From Candidatus Eiseniibacteriota bacterium (GTDB lineage Bacteria; Eisenbacteria; RBG-16-71-46), in the NCBI GenBank assembly GCA_963717505.1, contig OY970342.1, positions 1,280,001 through 1,344,000 on the forward strand: DNA of 64,000 nt, given 5' to 3'. The translations under genes were made by a program, and so were the position numbers. The notes beneath the pieces are model-generated. The model worked only from the letters and a program-made list of their open reading frames with translations, was not told where the DNA came from and did no database searches. This document shows positions 57,676-64,000 of this stretch, in pieces. Position 1 is the stretch's first letter. Every line of letters begins with the position of its first letter.

Positions 57676-60600
57676 TTGACGATCGCAAACTTGCCGAGGA
57701 ATGCCGGCAGGTTCGGCGCCTCGACCTGGTAGATGAAGAGCCCGGGTGCGACGTCGAGGTTGTCCTTGGTCCGCAAGTTCCAGGCGACGAATCCATCGTC
57801 GGAGCCGTCGTGGCGAAGCGTCTGCACCAGGTCGCCGCGCACGGTGTAGATGCGGATCGTGCTGCCCTGCGGTAGCGCGCGGAACTCCATCCGCCGATCG
57901 CCGCGCCCCGAGACGTTGAAGCGCGCAGGCTCGAAGCTGGCGGCTTCGACGTAAGGGTTGGGCACCACGTAGGGGACGTTCGTGTACTGCTGCTGGGCGG
58001 CCACGGCGTCGATGCGCTCGCCGGTGGTGGTGAAGGCGAACAGGTCGCCGTCGCCGAACGGACGCTGGATCCGAAGCTGGTAGACGTCGCCGAGCGCCGG
58101 TTTGATCAACGGACCCCGAATGCCTTGCCCGACCGTGTCGAGCTGAGCGCGCCAGGTGATCAACGAATCGACCTGCATGCCGGGAACCGGACACAGGATG
58201 TCGATGTTCTCGTCGGCGCGACTCAACGTGCCGTCGGCGTCGAGGTCGCGGAAGCGGAAGTCGAGCTGGATGGAGTCGCCGGGTGCCAAGTGCGCGAACA
58301 CGCGGAACCTGGCCGGGCGCGCCGGGATCGGGAAGATCGCGATCCCGGTGTCGCGGACCACGTTGTCGAAGATGATCGACAAGTTGTCCGGGTAGCCCGT
58401 CCTGCGAAAGTTCGCCGACAGAATCGGCTGGTAGAGAACCCCCAGCCGGGAATTGGTCGGACTGGTGGGCGTGAACCCGGACGCCTGTTGATCGATCGCC
58501 GGGAAGAGCGGCGTCGTGATCACCGGCAGCAGGCCGCACCCGACCGAGCCGCCGCCCTCGCCCGACAGATCCGCCCCGTGGGTGATGCACACCGTGGTGT
58601 CGGTGCTGTCGGTCACCGTGTAGCGATAGGCGCGCAGGCTGTCGGGGCTCGGGGCCTCGAACGCGATCACGAAGCGATGGCCTTCCGGCACCTGGTTGGC
58701 GTTGACGACACCGACGTCGATGGTGCCGACGCCGACGCCGGACACTCGGCTCGGCGGAATGACCGTCGCACTCTGGTAACCGAGCACGCGCGGGTTGGGC
58801 CGGACCTCGACCACGTTCTTGGGCAGCACCGTGCCGCCGCGCGCCGTGCGGGTCACCGCCACCGCATTCTCCGACGGGAACACGCGCAGGGAGTCGAACA
58901 CGGATTCGACGCCAAAATCGTAGGCGGTGACCGCGTAGTAGTAGATCTGGCCGTTGGTCACCGTGGTGTCGGTCCAGGTGTGGGTGAGTCCGGTGTCGTC
59001 GCCCAGCCAGTACTGGACGCCTTCGACCGACTTCTGCGAGTAGCCGCGCCGTCCGTCGCGCAGGTCGAACTGGGCGTTCGGCTTCATCAGGCCGATGTCG
59101 TTGCCGCGGCCGGTGGTGATGCGCTCGGGATCGCGAAACTCGGGGTCGGTCGACCGATAGATCCGGTAGCCCTCGAAGTCGAACTCGCCGGTCACCGGGT
59201 CGGCGCCGCGCTCGGCGATGTCGTCCCACGACAGCCGCACGTAGCCGTCGCCGGCCTCGGCGGTGAGCGTTGGCATCGGCGGGGGTACGGCGAACTGGTA
59301 ATTCGCGTTGTAGATCTGCTGCACGGTGGCCACCGTGTTGCGCAGCTCGGTGAGGTCGGCGCCGTAACCGAGCGCCAGGCTGAACCGCTCGCGCTGCCCG
59401 GCGCGAAGCTGGAACGGTCCCGAGGCGAACAGGAATCCGATGTTGTAGTTCGAGGCCAGCGCGGAATCGAAGCGTGCCGGCGCGAACGGATCGGTGAACT
59501 TCTCGTACAGCCGCTGCGGCCAGTTGTTGTTTTCCGTATAGAACAGTATGCCGTCGGTGGTCGGATCGGGGTTGCCGACGCCGGCGCGAATCCGATTCAT
59601 CTTGAAGCCGGTGAGTCCGATCTGGTCGGACTCGTTGAGGTCCGTGCGGTCGAATGAGGGCTCGCCCTCGGTGGGGATGCCGTCGCCCTCGCCCGTGTCG
59701 TCGGTCTCGGGGACGCCGTCGGCGCCGACGTCGTGGAACTCGGGATTCCAGTCCATGTCTTCGTCGCCGGGCCACCAGCGTCCGATCCGATAGGCCGGGC
59801 GCCTCTCCAGCGGCCCGTACGCCTGCTCGAACTTCGCCAGGTCGTAGTTCGCGGTCACGTGGGTGAGGATCGCGCTCTGTCCATCGATGACGACTCCCGG
59901 GCCGCCGTCGCGCTGCTCGTCGATGATTCCGTCGTCATCGTTGTCGAGGCCGTCGAACGGATTGCCCGGGGTCTCGAGGTAGGCATAGCCCAGGTAGCCG
60001 GTGGGCGAGCAGCTGCCTTTCAGGTCGCGGCCGTGGCCGAAGCGATCCCAGGTGTAGACCAGGTTCAACCCGAGCGACTTGTCGAAGTAGGCGTTGTCGT
60101 CGTCCGACTCGAAGATGCCGTCGCACGACAAGGCCGAACCGCCGACCCCCGAGTCCATGTACAACCCGAAGATGATGTTGTCGATGTAGTCGGTCGTGCC
60201 CTCGTTGGTGATGTCGTAGTGCCAGAAGATGACGTTCGACGCCTGCGGGTTGGCCCACTGGAATCCGCGCACCTCGATGCGCAAACCGAGTCCGTGGCGC
60301 GACGAGTCGCGGGCGTCGGGATAGAACTGCCAGGCGTCGTAGAACTCGTCGTCCATCACGAAGAAGCTCTCTTGATCCGCCGCCGGGCGCTTGCCGAAGT
60401 AGCCGTTCCAGCTGCCGCCCCAGCCCGGATCGTCGGGGTCGGTCACGCGATCCGGCCAGGCCGGCGGCCAGGTGCGCGAGTCGTTGCTGATCGCGGGTGA
60501 GCGCGCCTGGTTGATGATCGGATCGGCCTGGAAGTAGCCGGGGCGCGGCTCGAAGCGCATCACCCGGTTGAATCGCGGGCTGATCGCCTGGCGCTCGCGA

Positions 60601-60947
60601 AAGCCGGTCTCCATCAGATAGACGTCCTGGCCGTCGGCCGTGCGGATCTTGGCCAGCACGAACGGCGTGATGCCGTCCGAGTAGTTCATGCCCGTGCCCT
60701 TGGGCACTTCCGCCGAGTGGAATACGCTCAGGTCGACACCGCCGGGGTTCGACGGGTAGTCGCCGACCATGCCGTAATTCCAAAACACTGTCCGAATATT
60801 CGCTGCGTCGTGGAAGCCGGAGCGCTCGGCGTCGAGTCGGCCGCGCTGATCCGGCGGCACCACCGGTTGCAGCTGCGCCCGCACAGCCGGTGCCGCGAGG
60901 GTGGCCAGCGCGAGGACCAGGACTGCCGCTGCCAGAGGCCGGCTCAT
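57672..60947 (-). CDS. Large (~1090 aa) secreted protein with Ca-binding-like acidic loops, FN3-like domain and CTD-like C-terminus
   Basis: Signal peptide; 'DQESFFVMDD', 'DNDDDG.IDE', 'FEGYRIYRS', 'YYYAVTAYD', 'VVPNPY...IRIYTVRGDLV...WNL.TKDN..VAPGLFIY'. Confidence 0.85.
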   Translation of the reverse strand: MSRPLAAAVLVLALATLAAPAVRAQLQPVVPPDQRGRLDAERSGFHDAANIRTVFWNYGMVGDYPSNPGGVDLSVFHSAEVPKGTGMNYSDGITPFVLAKIRTADGQDVYLMETGFRERQAISPRFNRVMRFEPRPGYFQADPIINQARSPAISNDSRTWPPAWPDRVTDPDDPGWGGSWNGYFGKRPAADQESFFVMDDEFYDAWQFYPDARDSSRHGLGLRIEVRGFQWANPQASNVIFWHYDITNEGTTDYIDNIIFGLYMDSGVGGSALSCDGIFESDDDNAYFDKSLGLNLVYTWDRFGHGRDLKGSCSPTGYLGYAYLETPGNPFDGLDNDDDGIIDEQRDGGPGVVIDGQSAILTHVTANYDLAKFEQAYGPLERRPAYRIGRWWPGDEDMDWNPEFHDVGADGVPETDDTGEGDGIPTEGEPSFDRTDLNESDQIGLTGFKMNRIRAGVGNPDPTTDGILFYTENNNWPQRLYEKFTDPFAPARFDSALASNYNIGFLFASGPFQLRAGQRERFSLALGYGADLTELRNTVATVQQIYNANYQFAVPPPMPTLTAEAGDGYVRLSWDDIAERGADPVTGEFDFEGYRIYRSTDPEFRDPERITTGRGNDIGLMKPNAQFDLRDGRRGYSQKSVEGVQYWLGDDTGLTHTWTDTTVTNGQIYYYAVTAYDFGVESVFDSLRVFPSENAVAVTRTARGGTVLPKNVVEVRPNPRVLGYQSATVIPPSRVSGVGVGTIDVGVVNANQVPEGHRFVIAFEAPSPDSLRAYRYTVTDSTDTTVCITHGADLSGEGGGSVGCGLLPVITTPLFPAIDQQASGFTPTSPTNSRLGVLYQPILSANFRRTGYPDNLSIIFDNVVRDTGIAIFPIPARPARFRVFAHLAPGDSIQLDFRFRDLDADGTLSRADENIDILCPVPGMQVDSLITWRAQLDTVGQGIRGPLIKPALGDVYQLRIQRPFGDGDLFAFTTTGERIDAVAAQQQYTNVPYVVPNPYVEAASFEPARFNVSGRGDRRMEFRALPQGSTIRIYTVRGDLVQTLRHDGSDDGFVAWNLRTKDNLDVAPGLFIYQVEAPNLPAFLGKFAIVK

Positions 60948-63610
60948 CGCGACGCCCCTGTCCACGCGACACCGACCTCGATCCGGCGCGGAGCGAAGTA
61001 GGTCGAGGGGTCCGACAACGTGATCATGTCCCCGTAGGTCGGAACCCGCGTGTAATAGGGACTGCCCGAGCTGTTGAAGACGTGGCCGTTGTCGAAGCGC
61101 TGGTCGAACAGATTGAGGATGCGAGCGAACAGGCTGAACCGGGTTGGCCGGCCCCCGCCGATGAACTTCTCGCCCCGCACGTCGACCAAGGTCGAAGCCG
61201 GTTTGCGTCCCGAGTTCGTCTCCAGCTCGCCGCCGAACGAGGGGTCGAGTTCCGGGGTGTACGGCTGGCCGCTGCCGTAGCGGACCACGGTGCTCAGGTA
61301 GTAGCTCTCGGGCCGTGCGACCGTGACCGTCAGGTTGAGGGTGTGGCGCTGGTCCCAGTTCAGGTAGATCTGCCGCGGCCGCGGATCCTCCTTGGCGTCG
61401 ACCCGTGCGGCGAGTTCGTAGGGGTCGCTGGCGTTGCCCTTGGCCACCTGCCAGGTGTAGTCGATCGTACTGCTCACCGGCCCCGCCGCCCGCTGATCGA
61501 GCGCGATGGTCATCCCGATCACGCTGCCGAAGTCTGCGTTGGTCAGGCGCTTGTACTCGGCGTTGTTGTAGGTGGTGATGATCTCGGCGCCGAGCAGGTC
61601 GCGGATGTCCTTGTAGAAGAGCGAGAGGTCGAGACCGAGCCACGGCTTGATCTCCTGCCGGTAGCCGAACTGGTACTGGACCGTGCGCTCGGGTTTGACG
61701 TCGGGGTTGCCCAGCACGCCGAAATCGCGGCCGGAGCTGGCCTGCAGGTTCGCGAGCACGTCGTAGTTGGCGTTCCGGTAGATGTCGCCGAGCGGGGGCA
61801 TCTGATAGAAGTGGCCGTACGCGAAGAACAGCGACGACTTGGGCGTCACCGGATAGGAAACGCCGAGGCGTGGAGCCAGCGTCAGCTTGCGGGTGGCCGG
61901 AACGAACTCGGACTGCGGTGCGCCGGCGATGCTGTTGGCGGGATTTCGCGGGTCGCTCGGGACGCCGGTCTTGGGCGCGAAGTACTCGAACCGGAGCCCG
62001 GCGCGCAATTTAAGATCATTCCACTCCAGCTCGTCCTGGGCGTAGGCGGTGCCGACGACCGGCCGGTACTCCTGGGGCTCGTACCAGTCCGGAGGCTGGT
62101 GCAGCTTGCGGACCACGACGCCGCTGCTGTCCACCAGATGGCCGGGCGTGCCGAACTTGAGATAGGTCGGCTGCCACTCGATGCCCGCCTTCATCTGATG
62201 GTCGGGCGCGAAGTACCGCGTGAACGACCCGCCGATCACCGCCGCGTTCGTGACCTGCACGAACCGGGCCCAGTCGGCGCCGTTGATGTAGGCATCCAGC
62301 TCGTAGCCTTCGTCCTTCTCGGCCGGACCCGCGGCGTCGTAGCGCGGGTCGTACACGTCGTCGTACAGCATGTCCTGGTACTCGAAGTAGTTCTGCCGAA
62401 AGTTCAGCTTGTAGAACGTCTTTGGGTTCAAGGCGTGCGTCCAATCGAGGCCGTGGACGATCGAAAACGTGGTCTGCGTCGACAAGCCGTCCGGGTTGAG
62501 GCGAAAGGCCCACGTGTCCTTGCGGGACTCGATCCGATTGGTGATCACCTGATACCCGAGCTCGCCGGGCAGCGATCGATTGGTGATCTTGGCGAGCCCC
62601 TGCAATTCCCGCGAGTACCCGAGCGGCAAGCGCGCGCCGTCACCGGTCGGGTGGTAGACGTTGTTCTCCACATCCGACCGGTCGGTCGGCAGGAACCGGC
62701 GTTCGGCGTAGACCGGGCCGTTGCTGGTGCCGCGCCGGCCGTTGATCAGGAAGAGCGTCTTGGGCAACCCGGTGGGCCCGCTGAGCGAGAGCTGAAAGTT
62801 CCTGAGACTGCCGGGCTCGGCCTCGTAGTCCTGGGGCCGCTCGGCCGAGGGATAGAAGAAGTCCCCGCCGAACATCTCGCCGGACCACTCGAAGTTCTGA
62901 CTTCCGCGCCGCAACACCGCGTTGACCACCCCGCTCATCGCGTGCCCGTACTCCGCGTCGAACGTGCCGCTGATCACCTGGACTTCTTCGAGCACCGAGC
63001 GGTCGAGCTGCAGGCTGGAGAGGTTGTCGTACGGGTTGTTCACGCTGACACCGTCGACCTGGTATTGGACCTCGCCGAGCCGTCCGCCGCGGAAGTGGCC
63101 GTCGACCACGCCGGCCTGCAGCTCGACCACATCGGCCAGCTCCTGCACCGGCAAGCGCGCGATCTCCTCGCGGGTCACGGTCGCAATGTTGCTGGTCAGT
63201 CCCAGCTCGACCACCGGGCGCTGCGCGCTGACCACGATCTCCTCGAGCGCCACGGCCTCTTCCTGCAGGACCAGATCCTGAGTCGTGGTGCGGTCGGCCG
63301 GGATCGAGACGCCGGTCGTCGTGATCGTCTGATGACCGATGAAGCTCGCCTTGACCGAGTACGTGCCGGCCGGGACGTTGAAGATGGCGTAGCGGCCTTC
63401 GAGGTCGGTGATCGCGCCGAGCGGAACTCCGACCAGGATCACGTTGACGCCGGCCAGGGGCTGTTTCTGCGCGTCGCGCACGACGCCGGTGAGCTTGCCC
63501 GTCGTCCCTGCCTCGGAGCGAGCCGCGAGAGCCGAGACGAACGCGATCAAGAAAACCGCGACGACCGTTCCGAAGCGGACCCCCGCCGGCACGGTCGTCG
63601 CCCGGTTCAC
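60944..63610 (-). CDS. TonB-dependent receptor with N-terminal carboxypeptidase-regulatory-like domain
   Basis: 'TGKLTGVV.D....LAGVNV', plug 'HFRGGR..EVQY.VDG', 'GTFDAEYG..MSGVVN', 'PRLGVSYP', 'PRRIEVG'; GTGA overlap. Confidence 0.92.
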   Translation of the reverse strand: MNRATTVPAGVRFGTVVAVFLIAFVSALAARSEAGTTGKLTGVVRDAQKQPLAGVNVILVGVPLGAITDLEGRYAIFNVPAGTYSVKASFIGHQTITTTGVSIPADRTTTQDLVLQEEAVALEEIVVSAQRPVVELGLTSNIATVTREEIARLPVQELADVVELQAGVVDGHFRGGRLGEVQYQVDGVSVNNPYDNLSSLQLDRSVLEEVQVISGTFDAEYGHAMSGVVNAVLRRGSQNFEWSGEMFGGDFFYPSAERPQDYEAEPGSLRNFQLSLSGPTGLPKTLFLINGRRGTSNGPVYAERRFLPTDRSDVENNVYHPTGDGARLPLGYSRELQGLAKITNRSLPGELGYQVITNRIESRKDTWAFRLNPDGLSTQTTFSIVHGLDWTHALNPKTFYKLNFRQNYFEYQDMLYDDVYDPRYDAAGPAEKDEGYELDAYINGADWARFVQVTNAAVIGGSFTRYFAPDHQMKAGIEWQPTYLKFGTPGHLVDSSGVVVRKLHQPPDWYEPQEYRPVVGTAYAQDELEWNDLKLRAGLRFEYFAPKTGVPSDPRNPANSIAGAPQSEFVPATRKLTLAPRLGVSYPVTPKSSLFFAYGHFYQMPPLGDIYRNANYDVLANLQASSGRDFGVLGNPDVKPERTVQYQFGYRQEIKPWLGLDLSLFYKDIRDLLGAEIITTYNNAEYKRLTNADFGSVIGMTIALDQRAAGPVSSTIDYTWQVAKGNASDPYELAARVDAKEDPRPRQIYLNWDQRHTLNLTVTVARPESYYLSTVVRYGSGQPYTPELDPSFGGELETNSGRKPASTLVDVRGEKFIGGGRPTRFSLFARILNLFDQRFDNGHVFNSSGSPYYTRVPTYGDMITLSDPSTYFAPRRIEVGVAWTGASR

Positions 63611-63999
63611 TGGATGACGATCATCTTGCCGGCGAGCGTCGCGGCGCCAGCTCCCTCGTCCCCGAGCCGCAGGCGGTAGTGGTAGATGCCGCTGGCCATC
63701 GACGCGCGATCGCGGCGGAACATCACTCGATTCGGGCCCGCGGGCTGGAGACCGTGATCCACCTCGGCCACCCGGCGTCCCAACAGGTCGAAGACCTCGA
63801 GCGTGACCGTCCGCGGCCGATCGAGCTGGAAGTGAATCGCCGTTTGCTCGGACAGCGGATTGGGTCGATTGCCGAGCAGCGCGATCGTCTGACCGGTCAC
63901 CGGCGGATCGCCGACGTCCACGATCAGCGTCGGGTCGAGATAACCCCACGCGGCTCCGTCCTCGCCTTCGTATTGGCGGTGCCACCAGGTTCGGGTTCC
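63607..63999 (-). CDS. C-terminal part of a secreted CTD-bearing protein (truncated by window edge)
   Basis: Open frame to window end ('TRTWWHRQY...AWGYLDP'), CTD 'NRPNP...FDLLGRRV...SGIYHYRL'. Confidence 0.85.
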   Translation of the reverse strand, partial: GTRTWWHRQYEGEDGAAWGYLDPTLIVDVGDPPVTGQTIALLGNRPNPLSEQTAIHFQLDRPRTVTLEVFDLLGRRVAEVDHGLQPAGPNRVMFRRDRASMASGIYHYRLRLGDEGAGAATLAGKMIVIQ

Positions 64000-64000
64000 G

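Overview
High-GC bacterial window. The many secreted proteins ending in a 'PNP...DV.GRRV...L..G.Y..R' FlgD/T9SS-type C-terminal domain (CTD) suggest an FCB-related lineage such as Ca. Eisenbacteria (inference). Left to right: a YcbB/YcbK peptidoglycan pair; a SnoaL-like protein; a B12-dependent ribonucleotide reductase (nrdJ) with a structured leader; osmC followed by an unannotated, densely structured ~260-nt region carrying a perfect 12-nt complement to the 16S rRNA 3' end; a PhoX-like phosphatase; a heme oxygenase unit behind DtxR/IdeR-like boxes; a NatAB-like ABC exporter and a CPA2 antiporter; a polyphosphate neighbourhood (ppx; sixA, two thymidylate-kinase-like genes and CHAD, a probable PPK3-type heteromeric polyP kinase); several CTD-bearing beta-propeller/repeat proteins; an ArgR-controlled argR-C-B-D-G-H-(A)-F operon whose distal part is full of indels (likely assembly error); and a SusD-less carbohydrate-utilisation locus (CTD protein, TonB-dependent receptor, ~1090-aa CTD-like protein, PorV-like barrel, GH144, GH94), followed by a protein with a tandem duplicated uncharacterised domain and an upstream LacI-type operator. 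No rRNA, tRNA, CRISPR array or mobile element was seen. All calls come from reading motifs by eye; no searches were run.
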